Position numbers and translations under genes: made by a program
Shown: positions 29,809 through 39,574 of the stretch, one piece after another
How the letters are laid out: each line of letters opens with the position of its first letter
Numbering within the stretch: the stretch's first letter is position 1
From: Gammaproteobacteria bacterium
Lineage (GTDB): Bacteria > Pseudomonadota > Gammaproteobacteria > CAKMZV01
Assembly: GCA_965277625.1 (NCBI GenBank)
Contig: OZ255827.1
Span: 1,717,057 to 1,781,056 of the forward strand
Length of the DNA: 64,000 nt
Reading direction: 5' to 3'
Notes under the pieces: model-generated
The model's input: the letters and a program-made list of their open reading frames with translations, nothing else
Databases searched by the model: none
Told to the model about the DNA's origin: nothing

Positions 29809-30435
29809 TCAGGTTTTATTCAATCCTTGACGGATTAACCAATCAACCAAATATTCGGCCACTTTATCTTTTGCCATTGGCTCTAACGGCGTCTGAGTGC
29901 TTTTTGTTATGATGGTTAGAGCGTTCTGTTCTGCGCCCATATATTTCACATCGTTTGCAACCATCACATCGACTTGTTTCTTGAGTCGCTTCTGTTCTGC
30001 ATGCCAGAGCAATTGTTCTGATTCGGCGGCAAATCCAACTGTAAACACATGCGGATAACGCTGCGCAACATCCGATAGGATGTCTGGTGCCAGGTCAAAC
30101 TGTAGCTGTAGGCCCAAATGTTTTTTAAGCTTCTGCGTCGATTCAACGGGAATGAAATCTGATACGGCGGCACACGCCACAAAACAATTGGGTTGAACTT
30201 CATCTATGGTTTGCAAAACACTGCGGTGCATGTCTCGACTGCTTTTGGCAAAAGTGCCGTGACAGCCCTTGGGCAATCCCACCTCAGAATAGGCGTGTAC
30301 CACCCAAACTTCACACTGTTTGTCGATAAAGGCCTGCGCTAACGCCATGCCCATCCGACCACTGCTTTGGTTTGAAATATAGCGGACAGGGTCAATGATC
30401 TCGCGTGTTGCGCCAACCGTTAACAGGACTTTCAC
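29809..30435 (-). CDS. coaB: Phosphopantothenate-cysteine ligase (CoaB domain as a separate ORF)
   Basis: 208 aa with a GTG start. (M)KVLLTVGATREIIDPVRYISNQSSGRMG matches the start of the CoaB half of Dfp/CoaBC. It makes a GTGA overlap with the upstream coaC stop. Confidence 0.75.
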   Translation of the reverse strand: MKVLLTVGATREIIDPVRYISNQSSGRMGMALAQAFIDKQCEVWVVHAYSEVGLPKGCHGTFAKSSRDMHRSVLQTIDEVQPNCFVACAAVSDFIPVESTQKLKKHLGLQLQFDLAPDILSDVAQRYPHVFTVGFAAESEQLLWHAEQKRLKKQVDVMVANDVKYMGAEQNALTIITKSTQTPLEPMAKDKVAEYLVDWLIRQGLNKT

Positions 30436-30956
30436 AAGGGCAGAGCCAAGATGTTGTCAAACAATGTTTGCGCCTCTAACATGCGACCCGAGCCGTGTTC
30501 GCCACACGCTTGATCGCCAGTGGCTGGTCCCCAAATCTCAACCCTATCTTGCTCAAGTTGTTGCAGATTTCTTTGGGTTGCTGGGTGTTGGTACATGGCG
30601 ACATTCATCGCCGGTGATATAGCGATGGGAACACGGGCGGCCAATAAACAATTACTTAACAAATCATCGGCCAGGCCATGGGTCATTTTGCCAATAATAT
30701 TGGCCGTTGCTGGTGCAACCAATATAAAATTTGCCCAGCGACTGAGTTCAATGTGCGCCATGCCTTCATCGGCTTGCCAAAGGTTCTCATAGACGCCTTC
30801 AGCGCCTAATGATCTAAAGCTCAGTGGGGTCACAAACTGCTGCGCCCCTTGACTCATGACCACTTTCACCGAATATTGCGCTTTGCTCAACAATCGAACC
30901 AAGGCCAAACTTTTATAAACGGCAACACTGCCCGTTACACCCAAAAGAATATTCAC
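30432..30956 (-). CDS. coaC: Phosphopantothenoylcysteine decarboxylase flavoprotein (CoaC domain as a separate ORF)
   Basis: 174 aa with a GTG start. NILLGVTGSVAVYKS...VAPATANIIGKMTHGLADDLL...PAMN is the flavoprotein (CoaC) half of Dfp. It makes a GTGA overlap with the upstream ORF. Confidence 0.75.
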   Translation of the reverse strand: MNILLGVTGSVAVYKSLALVRLLSKAQYSVKVVMSQGAQQFVTPLSFRSLGAEGVYENLWQADEGMAHIELSRWANFILVAPATANIIGKMTHGLADDLLSNCLLAARVPIAISPAMNVAMYQHPATQRNLQQLEQDRVEIWGPATGDQACGEHGSGRMLEAQTLFDNILALPL

Positions 30957-31708
30957 TTCACTACCTCGCGCATGGTTGGTACCATTACTTTAAATTGATC
31001 TGCTTGTTCAAGCGCCCTTGATCGCCGATCTAAGGCACTTCTACCGCAACAAACATGATCCCAATCGCTCTCAAAAGCTTCCAATAAAGGTTGTTGAAAG
31101 TCCTGCCATAAAAAATGTTGTTTACAGATTTTTGACTGAATGTTAAGCACTTCTTGGGCGACCGCTTCAAACAAATCGTGTTGTTGATAAAGGTCGCGCA
31201 CTGTGGCTTGGTCTTTTAACGCCAAACCCGCCACATTGGTTGTCACTATGTATAAATTTTTTAAGACCAACTGTTGTAACAGTGCCGCCTCAGAGTCCAA
31301 CTGTCTGCAAGGCAAATCAACTGCATTGAGCAATTGTTGCACCAAGGGGGCGTGATTTCCAAAAACAATGCTCGGCATCAGCGGTTTGGCTAATCGTCCT
31401 TTTTTCTTCTCAAACCAAATTGAAGCCACTGTTGGCGACAATCCCAAAGTGGTCCAATCGTGAAATAACAATTCATTTTGAATCAATATAATTCGGTTTT
31501 TCCACGGTGTGGGAAAATCGACCAACACCTGGTTTAAATCCTTTTCACCCACAGCCACAATGACCGCTATTGGTTGAATTTGAGCGATAAAAAGGTTTTC
31601 ACCTCGCCTTATCGGATAAACCGCATAACCCAGCTTCAATGCACCCACAGAAAATATCTGGCCTAATTGCCCCATGCCAATCGTCACAAGTTGTTGCATT
31701 TCTGTCAA
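30953..31708 (-). CDS. Uncharacterised Rossmann-fold protein, translationally coupled to coaC-coaB (candidate ketopantoate-reductase-like enzyme)
   Basis: 251 aa with an N-terminal dinucleotide-binding signature, VTIGMGQLGQIF. I recognise no other family signature. Its stop overlaps the coaC start. Confidence 0.35.
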   Translation of the reverse strand: MTEMQQLVTIGMGQLGQIFSVGALKLGYAVYPIRRGENLFIAQIQPIAVIVAVGEKDLNQVLVDFPTPWKNRIILIQNELLFHDWTTLGLSPTVASIWFEKKKGRLAKPLMPSIVFGNHAPLVQQLLNAVDLPCRQLDSEAALLQQLVLKNLYIVTTNVAGLALKDQATVRDLYQQHDLFEAVAQEVLNIQSKICKQHFLWQDFQQPLLEAFESDWDHVCCGRSALDRRSRALEQADQFKVMVPTMREVVK

Positions 31709-31951
31709 AATCTGTCCGCCTTTGTTATTTAACTTGCGTCATTCATCACCAGTGAATGTTTAGATAAGGCATTTTATCACCTGACCTGACCCCCAAACAC
31801 AACTTCCATGATTAAAGCGCCTGATGGCTGTGATGCTGTGGATTTAAAATCCTCTACCAATTTTTGTTTTATCAGCTTGTCAACCCTTTTATTCTCCTTC
31901 ACAGCGCCCCATATTGGGGAATAAACAACGGATTAGAGGTAAAATACGCCT

Positions 31952-33214
31952 ATGCTCTATGGTCTGGGAATTAATCATGAAACGGCTCCGATTGATATTC
32001 GTGAGAACGTCGCTTTTTCTAATGAAAAGTTGACCAGTGCTTTACACGGGCTCATCAATCAACGAGGCATAGAAGAAGCCGTTGTCCTATCGACCTGTAA
32101 TCGCACAGAAGTCTATTGCCATCTCAGCGCCCCCAAAGACCAAGACATCCGCCAATGGTTACACCAAGTCAATCAATTGACCTTGGATAAACTCAATCCC
32201 TATATTTATCAATTGCACGATATTGAACTGGTTAAACATATCATGAGAGTCGCTTCGGGTCTCAATTCTATGATTTTGGGCGAACCACAAATATTGGGTC
32301 AATTAAAACAAGCGCACCAGCACGCGCTCAAAGCGGGTACCGTCCATGGTCAATTGGACCGTTTATTTCAAAACACCTATCAAGCCGCCAAATACATTCG
32401 CAGCAAAACAACCATCGGCACAGAATCCGTTTCAGTCGCTTTTGCAGCCACACGCCTGGCAAAACAAATTTTTGATGATTTAGAGTCCCATACCGCTCTG
32501 GTCATTGGCGGGGGTGAAACGGCTGAATTGGTGTCGAAGCACTTAAAAGAACAAAACATTGGCAATATCATCATTGCCAATCGTACTCTAGAAACCGCTC
32601 AACAATTGGCAACAAAATTTTCTGGATACGCCATTACCTTGAAAGAGTTGCATCAGCATCTGAGTGAAGCGGACATCATCATTTCTTCAACCGCATCACC
32701 GACCCCCATTTTGGGCAAAGGGGCGATTGAAACCACACTTAAAAAACGACAAAACAAACCCATTTTTCTGGTCGATCTGGCGGTGCCAAGAGACATAGAA
32801 CAGGAAGCGGGTTCACTGCCCAATGTTTATCTCTACACTGTGGATGATTTGAATAGCATCATTCAAACCAACTACAAAAAACGAAAACAAGCTGCGCAAG
32901 AGGCTGAGGTCATCATTCAATCCTACGGTGATCAATTTATGCAGTGGATACAAAGTCGTGAGATCACCCCCCTGCTATGCAACATTAGAAACTATGGTGA
33001 TACCATTCGACAGCACAGTGTGAAACAAGCCACACGACAATTAAAAAATGGCCAAGACCCTGAAACCATCATTGAACAAATGGCTCAACAGCTGACCAAT
33101 AAATTCTTACATCTGCCCACCACATCCATCAAGCGAGCGGCAGAAAACAATGACTTTGAACAAGCCAGTCTTATTGAATCCATCTACACAAATGAAAACC
33201 TCAATAAGAAATAA
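31952..33214 (+). CDS. hemA: Glutamyl-tRNA reductase
   Basis: 420 aa with LGINHETAPIDIRE, VVLSTCNRTEVY and GEPQILGQLK blocks, plus the NADPH domain motif VIGGGETAEL. Confidence 0.9.
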   Translation: MLYGLGINHETAPIDIRENVAFSNEKLTSALHGLINQRGIEEAVVLSTCNRTEVYCHLSAPKDQDIRQWLHQVNQLTLDKLNPYIYQLHDIELVKHIMRVASGLNSMILGEPQILGQLKQAHQHALKAGTVHGQLDRLFQNTYQAAKYIRSKTTIGTESVSVAFAATRLAKQIFDDLESHTALVIGGGETAELVSKHLKEQNIGNIIIANRTLETAQQLATKFSGYAITLKELHQHLSEADIIISSTASPTPILGKGAIETTLKKRQNKPIFLVDLAVPRDIEQEAGSLPNVYLYTVDDLNSIIQTNYKKRKQAAQEAEVIIQSYGDQFMQWIQSREITPLLCNIRNYGDTIRQHSVKQATRQLKNGQDPETIIEQMAQQLTNKFLHLPTTSIKRAAENNDFEQASLIESIYTNENLNKK

Positions 33215-34274
33215 ATTATCCACGCTGGATGAACGCTTTGAGCAATTGAACGGCCTGCTTGCAACGCCTGAGGTCATCCATGATCAAAATAAGTTCCGTG
33301 AAATCTCCAAAGAGCACGCTTCGTTAAACGACTTGATCAACGCTTGGCGCCGCCATTTGGATGTTGAAAACGCCCTGTCTGAAGCGCAGACACTGTGTCA
33401 GGAAGGCGAAAGTGATATGAAAGAAATGGCTGAAGAAGAGGTTTTAACGCTCAAACAACATTTGGCTTCGATTCAAGCTGAAATTGATGTCTTATTATTG
33501 CCGCAAGACCCTCATGATCAAAGCAATATATTCATTGAAATTCGTGCCGGCACGGGCGGCAATGAAGCCTCTTTATTCGCTGGCGATCTATTCAGAATGT
33601 ACACCAAATACGCCGAAATCCAAGGCTGGAAAATGGAAATCTTAAGCATCAGTGGCGGTGAAGTGGGCGGCTATAAAGAAGTGATTACACGCATTGTTGG
33701 CAAAAATGCTTATGCCCAATTGAAATTTGAATCTGGTGCCCATCGGGTTCAACGCGTTCCAACCACAGAGTCTCAAGGTCGTGTTCATACATCGGCCTGC
33801 ACGGTTGCGGTGATTCCAGAGCCCAACGAAGCAGAAGCCATTGAAATTGAAACCAAAGACTTACGCATAGACACTTTTAGGGCCTCTGGCGCGGGTGGGC
33901 AACACGTCAACAAAACGGATTCTGCCATCCGCATCACCCATTTACCAACGGGGCTGGCTGTTGAATGCCAACAAGGCCGTTCACAGCACCAAAATAAAGC
34001 CAAAGCATTGGCCATTTTACAAGCGCGATTGATCGATGACCAACAAAGAAAAGCCTTGGCTGAGCAAACAGCACAGCGCAAAAGTTTGGTGGGTTCCGGC
34101 GACCGTTCAGAACGCATCCGTACTTATAATTTTCCCCAAGGTCGGGTCACCGATCATCGGATAAATTTAACCGAATATAAACTACAGCAAATGTTAGAAG
34201 GCGAGATGGATTGTATTTTAGAGCCTTTGATTCGGGAGCATCAAGCCGAATTGATGGCACAAATGGATGATTAA
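33192..34274 (+). CDS. prfA: Peptide chain release factor 1
   Basis: Track ORF 33150..34274. The RF1-length product starts at ATG 33192 (MKTSIRNKL...), overlapping the hemA 3' end by 23 nt. It carries PTTES (RF1 PxT-type) and GGQHVNKTDSAIRITHLPTG (GGQ). Confidence 0.9.
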   Translation: MKTSIRNKLSTLDERFEQLNGLLATPEVIHDQNKFREISKEHASLNDLINAWRRHLDVENALSEAQTLCQEGESDMKEMAEEEVLTLKQHLASIQAEIDVLLLPQDPHDQSNIFIEIRAGTGGNEASLFAGDLFRMYTKYAEIQGWKMEILSISGGEVGGYKEVITRIVGKNAYAQLKFESGAHRVQRVPTTESQGRVHTSACTVAVIPEPNEAEAIEIETKDLRIDTFRASGAGGQHVNKTDSAIRITHLPTGLAVECQQGRSQHQNKAKALAILQARLIDDQQRKALAEQTAQRKSLVGSGDRSERIRTYNFPQGRVTDHRINLTEYKLQQMLEGEMDCILEPLIREHQAELMAQMDD

Positions 34275-34331
34275 AGGGCCCTTATAAAATCCACCTCAGA
34301 ATTCATTGATCTTTTGTTAGAACGCTTTTGG

Positions 34332-35327
34332 ATGACAAAGACTTGCAAAGCCATTCTACTCATAGGGTGTCTGGTTCAAATCAGCGCGTGCTCAGAACGG
34401 GTGTACAAATTTGATCAATACATTTTTGGTAGTAAAATTCAAATTGAATTTACCAGCCAGTCTGGCGAAGCCGAAGAAATTAAAGATACGATCAGACGAT
34501 CTTTTGAACAGTTTCATCATCAATGGCACGCCTGGGAACAAGGCGGTTTGTTAAGCACCATCAATCAAAACATCGCCGCTACCCAGCCTACGTTAGTCTC
34601 GACTGAGGTTAAATCCTTGATCGTCGATATTCAAAAACTTTCAAAATCAACCGATGGTTATTTTAATCCTGCCATGGGTAAGCTCATTGATGGCTGGGGA
34701 TTTCACAAGCATATTATCGAGTCAAATCCCCCACCACAAGTGGTCATTCAGAACCATTTGACCCAAAACCCTTCAATGGCGGATATTGTTTGGCAAGGAC
34801 ATCTTTTGAGCAGTACTAACCCCTATGTGCAGTTTGATTTTGGCGGCGTTGCCAAAGGCTATGCCGCTGATTTAATTAGCCAAATTTTGAATCAATATCA
34901 AGTGACTTCCGCCATCATCAACTTGGGTGGTGACATTAAGGTGTTGGGACAAAATGGTGCGGACAATTGGCAAATTGGCATCAGAAACCCCAAAAAAGAA
35001 GGCCAATCCCTTTTAAATTTTGAACTATGCTCTGATGAAAGCGCGTTCACCTCTGGCACCTATGAACGTTTTTACCAATTCAAAGGGCAACATTATCATC
35101 ACATCATCAATCCTAAAACTGGCTACCCCAGCAATGAGTTGATTTCTGCTACGGTGGTTGACAACAGCGCACTGCGTGCTGATGTAGCAGCTACAGCACT
35201 AATCGCTGCAGGGGCTCAGTGGCACAAAGTCATAGAAAGAATGCACATTCAATCCTATGTGGTGATCGATCAAAACCTTCAGATCATAAAATCAGATCAC
35301 TGGGATCGTAGATCATGTGGAAGCTGA
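34332..35327 (+). CDS. apbE: FAD:protein FMN transferase (ApbE family lipoprotein)
   Basis: ATG 34332 gives MTKTCKAILLIGCLVQISAC (lipobox). The ApbE motifs are FDFGGVAKGYAAD, NLGGDI and SGTYERF. Confidence 0.8.
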   Translation: MTKTCKAILLIGCLVQISACSERVYKFDQYIFGSKIQIEFTSQSGEAEEIKDTIRRSFEQFHHQWHAWEQGGLLSTINQNIAATQPTLVSTEVKSLIVDIQKLSKSTDGYFNPAMGKLIDGWGFHKHIIESNPPPQVVIQNHLTQNPSMADIVWQGHLLSSTNPYVQFDFGGVAKGYAADLISQILNQYQVTSAIINLGGDIKVLGQNGADNWQIGIRNPKKEGQSLLNFELCSDESAFTSGTYERFYQFKGQHYHHIINPKTGYPSNELISATVVDNSALRADVAATALIAAGAQWHKVIERMHIQSYVVIDQNLQIIKSDHWDRRSCGS

Positions 35328-35460
35328 TGCGACAATTCAATCTTGTTGATTCTTGACTATCAAAAGAACGAAAATACCGCTCTTGCAGTGGGTTTATCTA
35401 GTATCTTACGTTCAATATAGAAACAACGATTTTATAAACAATTTACAATCCAAAGACATT

Positions 35461-35622
35461 ATGTTTAATCCCATAAAAATTCTTCTCATAGGCATCGCTC
35501 TGCTTTCACTTATCTCTTGTGGTTCCAACGTCAAACCGACTAATAACAGTAGCAATGATGTACGAACTCAAGGATCATTTGAGGGTATCCCTGTTAGATT
35601 CATAAGATTATCACCCAGATAA
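35461..35622 (+). CDS. Small predicted lipoprotein (53 aa)
   Basis: Internal ATG of track ORF 35353..35622. MFNPIKILLIGIALLSLISCGS is a signal peptide II/lipobox. I recognise no homology. Confidence 0.4.
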   Translation: MFNPIKILLIGIALLSLISCGSNVKPTNNSSNDVRTQGSFEGIPVRFIRLSPR

Positions 35623-35726
35623 ATCCAATCACAAGCGCTTAAGCAGTCAGCATGGCTGTTAAGAAATGGGTTCAAGTGCGTCCATTTTCTTTTATACTAC
35701 GCTTTTAATATTCACACGAGGTGATT

Positions 35727-36917
35727 ATGCAAGCTGTCTATATTGTCGCTGCCAAACGTACAGCCATTGGCACATTTAATGGTGCCCTGTCCAAACAAGA
35801 AGCGCCCAAACTCGGTGCTGCGACGATTGAGGCGGTATTGGCTGACGCGCAGTTAGAGGGACAACACATTGATGAAGTCATCATGGGGCAAGTTCTTACA
35901 GCTGGCAGTGGTCAAAATCCAGCCAGACAAGCAGCGCACTTGTCGGGTATCCCCGTATCAGTCCCCAGTTTTACCCTCAACAAGGTTTGTGGCTCTGGCA
36001 TGAAAGCCATAGCCTTAGCCGCTCAGAACATTCGATTAGGGGATTCTGAGTTAATGATTGCAGGCGGACAAGAAAATATGTCATTGGCCCCCCATCTGCT
36101 GATGAACGGGCGCAGTGGGCAAAAATTAGGGCAATGGCCACTGCAAGACAGTGTCCTGACAGATGGACTAAGTTGTGCCTTATCCAATGGCATCCACATG
36201 GGCATTACCGCTGAAAATTTGGCCAAAAAATATCAAATCTCGCGTGAAGATCAGGATGCATTTGCTCTATGTTCTCAACAAAAAGCACAAGCCGCAATTC
36301 AGTCAGACGCCTTTAAAGCCGAAATTGTTGGTCTTCAATTGCACGATCGCAAAAACCAAGTTGCCATGTTTGACACAGATGAACACCCCCGCCTCACGTC
36401 CATAGAAAAGTTAAGCCAATTAAAGCCCGCTTTTGACCCGACGGGCACTGTGACTGCGGGCAATGCCTCGGGCATCAATGATGGCGCAGCGGTTGTCCTC
36501 TTGGCTTCTAAATCTGCTGTAGAAAAATATGATTTGCCTGTGCTTGCCAAGATTATTGGATTTTCGGCGGCCGCCATTGATCCGACCATAATGGGCATTG
36601 GACCTGTCGCCGCCACCCAAAAATTGTTCGATCAAATTGGCTGGCAGCTGAGTGACGTCGATTTGATTGAGTCAAATGAAGCATTTGCCGCACAAAGCCT
36701 CAGTGTCATTAAATTATTGGAGTTGGATCCAGTAAAAGTAAACATCCACGGTGGTGCCATTGCTTTGGGTCATCCCATAGGGGCTTCGGGCGCTCGTATA
36801 GTCGTCACCCTACTACACGCCTTGTTGCAGCACAAATTAAAACGAGGGCTAGCTACCATGTGCATTGGTGGTGGACAAGGCGTTGCCCTAGCGATTGAGA
36901 CTTGCTCAACATCTTGA
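35727..36917 (+). CDS. Acetyl-CoA C-acetyltransferase (thiolase II)
   Basis: ATG 35727 follows GAGGTG. It has the active-site Cys in LNKVCGSGMKAI, plus NEAFAAQ, GGAIALGHPIGASGARI and CIGGGQGVALAIE. Confidence 0.9.
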   Translation: MQAVYIVAAKRTAIGTFNGALSKQEAPKLGAATIEAVLADAQLEGQHIDEVIMGQVLTAGSGQNPARQAAHLSGIPVSVPSFTLNKVCGSGMKAIALAAQNIRLGDSELMIAGGQENMSLAPHLLMNGRSGQKLGQWPLQDSVLTDGLSCALSNGIHMGITAENLAKKYQISREDQDAFALCSQQKAQAAIQSDAFKAEIVGLQLHDRKNQVAMFDTDEHPRLTSIEKLSQLKPAFDPTGTVTAGNASGINDGAAVVLLASKSAVEKYDLPVLAKIIGFSAAAIDPTIMGIGPVAATQKLFDQIGWQLSDVDLIESNEAFAAQSLSVIKLLELDPVKVNIHGGAIALGHPIGASGARIVVTLLHALLQHKLKRGLATMCIGGGQGVALAIETCSTS

Positions 36918-37030
36918 TTACCACAACATCGTTGATGCCTGCTTGAGCCAATTATAGAAACCCCTGCATTGATATAGCCGTTAAATCAGCCTTTGAAAGG
37001 CAATTTTAAGCGCATTAATGCAATAAATGG

Positions 37031-37059
37031 TTGCAATACAATGGGGTGTCTTGGATAAT
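37031..37059 (+). promoter_or_regulatory. Sigma70-like promoter for rpmB-rpmG
   Basis: TTGCAA (37031-37036), a 17-nt spacer, then GATAAT (37054-37059). This is 55 nt upstream of the rpmB ATG. Confidence 0.45.
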
Positions 37060-37113
37060 ACCAGCCTCTCAAAACAGCAGAATTGTTATACACCTTTTAT
37101 CATTGTAGAAAGT

Positions 37114-37350
37114 ATGTCAAAAATTTGTCAAATTACTGGAAAGCGTCCCATGACCGGCAATAATGTCTCGCACTCCAAACGTCGGACCAAGCGTCGCTTT
37201 ATGCCAAATTTACAGTCCCATCGCTTTTGGGTTGAAAGTGAAAATCGTTGGATTAAACTTAAAATATCAACCAAAGGGATGCGCATCATTGATAAAAATG
37301 GCATCGACTCCGTACTCGCTGATTTGCGTAAAAAAGGCGTAAAAATTTAA
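37114..37350 (+). CDS. rpmB: 50S ribosomal protein L28
   Basis: Track ORF 37027..37350. The L28-length product starts at ATG 37114: [39 protein letters not shown]... Confidence 0.9.
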   Translation: MSKICQITGKRPMTGNNVSHSKRRTKRRFMPNLQSHRFWVESENRWIKLKISTKGMRIIDKNGIDSVLADLRKKGVKI

Positions 37351-37359
37351 AGGTTTATT

Positions 37360-37518
37360 ATGCGTGAAAAAATCAAATTAGAATCAACAGAAGGCACAGG
37401 CCATTTCTATACAACCGTTAAAAACAAACGAAACTCGCCTGATAAGATGCAAATTAAGAAGTACGATCCCGTCGTTCGCAAGCATGTGATGTATAAGGAA
37501 ACTAAGTTAAAATCTTAA
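37360..37518 (+). CDS. rpmG: 50S ribosomal protein L33
   Basis: Below the track cutoff. Manual translation gives [52 protein letters not shown] (52 aa) with TAA at 37516-37518. It matches the L33 consensus ([16 protein letters not shown]). Confidence 0.9.
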   Translation: MREKIKLESTEGTGHFYTTVKNKRNSPDKMQIKKYDPVVRKHVMYKETKLKS

Positions 37519-37542
37519 TTTTCTCTTTTTCTTGGGCGCTTA

Positions 37543-38367
37543 ATGCCTGAACTGCCAGAAGTTGAAACCACTTTAAGGGGCATAGCACCTTTCATTAAAG
37601 GCAAACGACTAAAAGATTGCGTGATTCGCAATCCAAACCTGCGTTGGCCTGTTCCCGAAAATCTACCCAAAACACTCATCGGCCAGAAGCTAACTGACAT
37701 TCAACGCCGAGGGAAATTTCTCATCTGTCGTTTTGAAAGCGACGTTTGTCTCATTCATTTGGGCATGTCTGGTCACCTAAGCCTCAACCAAAAGCCAGAT
37801 TGTTGGCATAAACACGATCATTGGCAGTGGGATTTTGGTACATACCGCCTTAAGTACAATGACCCTAGACGGTTTGGCTGCCTTGTATGGTCACAGAGTC
37901 ATCAATCCTTTATAGATCAACTGGGTCCCGAACCCTTATCAGAGCAATTCAATTCTGAATTTCTCTATAAGCGATTGCGCACCATGCAACAATCGATCAA
38001 ACTTGCCATTATGCGTCAAGACATTGTCGTCGGCGTGGGCAATATTTATGCCAATGAGAGTTTATTCAAATCGGGCATCCATCCCCAAACCCACAGCCAT
38101 TTATTAACCCGAAAAAAATGCACACTGTTGGTTGAAGCCATCAAACAAACGTTGAATGATGCCATTCAACAAGGCGGGACGAGCCTGCGTGATTTTGTTG
38201 ACCCTCAAGGTCAGTTGGGCTATTTTGGTCACACTTTATTCGTTTATAACCGCGCGGACCAACCTTGCACCATCTGTCAATGTCCAATCAAGAAGATCAT
38301 CATGGCGCAAAGGGCCACTTATTATTGTTCTAAGTGCCAAAAACTCAAGCGGCAACCCACCGTTTGA
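37543..38367 (+). CDS. mutM: Formamidopyrimidine-DNA glycosylase
   Basis: It has the MPELPEVET N-terminus and the C-terminal zinc finger CTICQCPI...YYCSKCQ. Confidence 0.9.
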   Translation: MPELPEVETTLRGIAPFIKGKRLKDCVIRNPNLRWPVPENLPKTLIGQKLTDIQRRGKFLICRFESDVCLIHLGMSGHLSLNQKPDCWHKHDHWQWDFGTYRLKYNDPRRFGCLVWSQSHQSFIDQLGPEPLSEQFNSEFLYKRLRTMQQSIKLAIMRQDIVVGVGNIYANESLFKSGIHPQTHSHLLTRKKCTLLVEAIKQTLNDAIQQGGTSLRDFVDPQGQLGYFGHTLFVYNRADQPCTICQCPIKKIIMAQRATYYCSKCQKLKRQPTV

Positions 38368-38427
38368 TCACCATTTCTGTGGGATATTCTGATGCTAATA
38401 GTCAATTCAGTGTAGAATTTTGCCATC

Positions 38428-38913
38428 ATGACTGATAAACAATCCTTGCCTAAAATTGATGAGACTGACAAGCAAATATTGAAGTTATTGCAGCACGATG
38501 CCTCACAATCGATAGAAGCCATTGCCAAAACACTCAATCTTTCCACAGCGCCAGTCTGGCGACGCATCAACGTCCTAAAGCAACAAGGATTGATTAAACA
38601 AGTGGTCAGTTTGCTTGAGTTTGATATGTTAAATCTTGACGTTGAGGTGTTTATTCAAATAGAAATCACCGATCATCACGTTCAACTGGCTCAACAGTTT
38701 ATCGATAGCACAACAAAACAAGCGAATGTTATTGGTTTCTATCGCACCATGGGTGCCACAGATTATTTGGTACATGCCGTCTTTCAAAACATGAGCGAAT
38801 ACGACAGTTTTTATCAACTACTGGCCACTTCTCCCATAGTGCAAAAAGTGACAGCCACACTGGTATTAGACCGCATCAAAAACCAAACCGCCTTACCCAT
38901 CAATCAACTATAG
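38428..38913 (+). CDS. Lrp/AsnC family transcriptional regulator
   Basis: 161 aa with an N-terminal HTH (DKQILKLLQHDASQSIEAIAKTLNLSTAPVWRRINVLKQQGLI) and a C-terminal RAM-like domain. Confidence 0.8.
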   Translation: MTDKQSLPKIDETDKQILKLLQHDASQSIEAIAKTLNLSTAPVWRRINVLKQQGLIKQVVSLLEFDMLNLDVEVFIQIEITDHHVQLAQQFIDSTTKQANVIGFYRTMGATDYLVHAVFQNMSEYDSFYQLLATSPIVQKVTATLVLDRIKNQTALPINQL

Positions 38914-38941
38914 GCGTTGGCTAAACATGGGTGGCAAAAGC

Positions 38942-39412
38942 CTATAGCCCGCGTTTAGCCAAATAATGTTGATGATAATCTTCGGCCACCCAAAAATCAG
39001 ACATGGCCGTCATTTCAGTCACAATAGGGTTACGCCACTGACCTGAACGATTCCATTTTTCAATTGAAGCCATTGCCAAGTTTTTTTGATCTTCGCTGTA
39101 ATAATAAATGGCTGAACGATATTGTGAGCCGTAGTCTGGTCCCTGGCGATTGGGTGTTGTTGGATCGTGCATTTGCCAAAATGCCTCCAATAAGTCGTCA
39201 AAACTGACCTTCATTTCATCGTATTGCACCTCACACACCTCTGCGTGATTGGTGGTGCCTGTGCAGACTTCTTTATAGGTTGGATGCGATTTGTGCCCAC
39301 CACTGTAGCCCACTCTGGTATCAACCACACCTGCTATGCGATGAAATTTTTGTTGAATGCCCCAGAAGCACCCTGCTCCAAAACACGCTGTTTTAATTTG
39401 ATCTGTCATCAA
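38942..39412 (-). CDS. msrA: Peptide methionine (S)-S-oxide reductase
   Basis: 156 aa with the GAGCFWG active site, plus GYSGG and HAEV blocks. Confidence 0.9.
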   Translation of the reverse strand: MMTDQIKTACFGAGCFWGIQQKFHRIAGVVDTRVGYSGGHKSHPTYKEVCTGTTNHAEVCEVQYDEMKVSFDDLLEAFWQMHDPTTPNRQGPDYGSQYRSAIYYYSEDQKNLAMASIEKWNRSGQWRNPIVTEMTAMSDFWVAEDYHQHYLAKRGL

Positions 39413-39574
39413 TAATCTCTCTTTTTTGCATTTGAATCTTCACCCAGCTTGTATATGATAGGGTGACCCCGCTTTTTTGTCTATCATTTTTTAAATTATA
39501 AAACCTAGATAAGTCCTTATGGTTTTAAAATCATAGGGTAGAATGACAAAATCAATAAAAAACCCGAATAAAGC

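Noticed and set aside
29809-30956. Frameshifted coaBC (dfp) pseudogene.
   Set aside because: The break falls exactly at the interdomain boundary. It uses a GTGA stop/start overlap identical to the one at the preceding gene junction (30953-30956). Both halves are full length. A sequencing indel cannot be excluded without reads.
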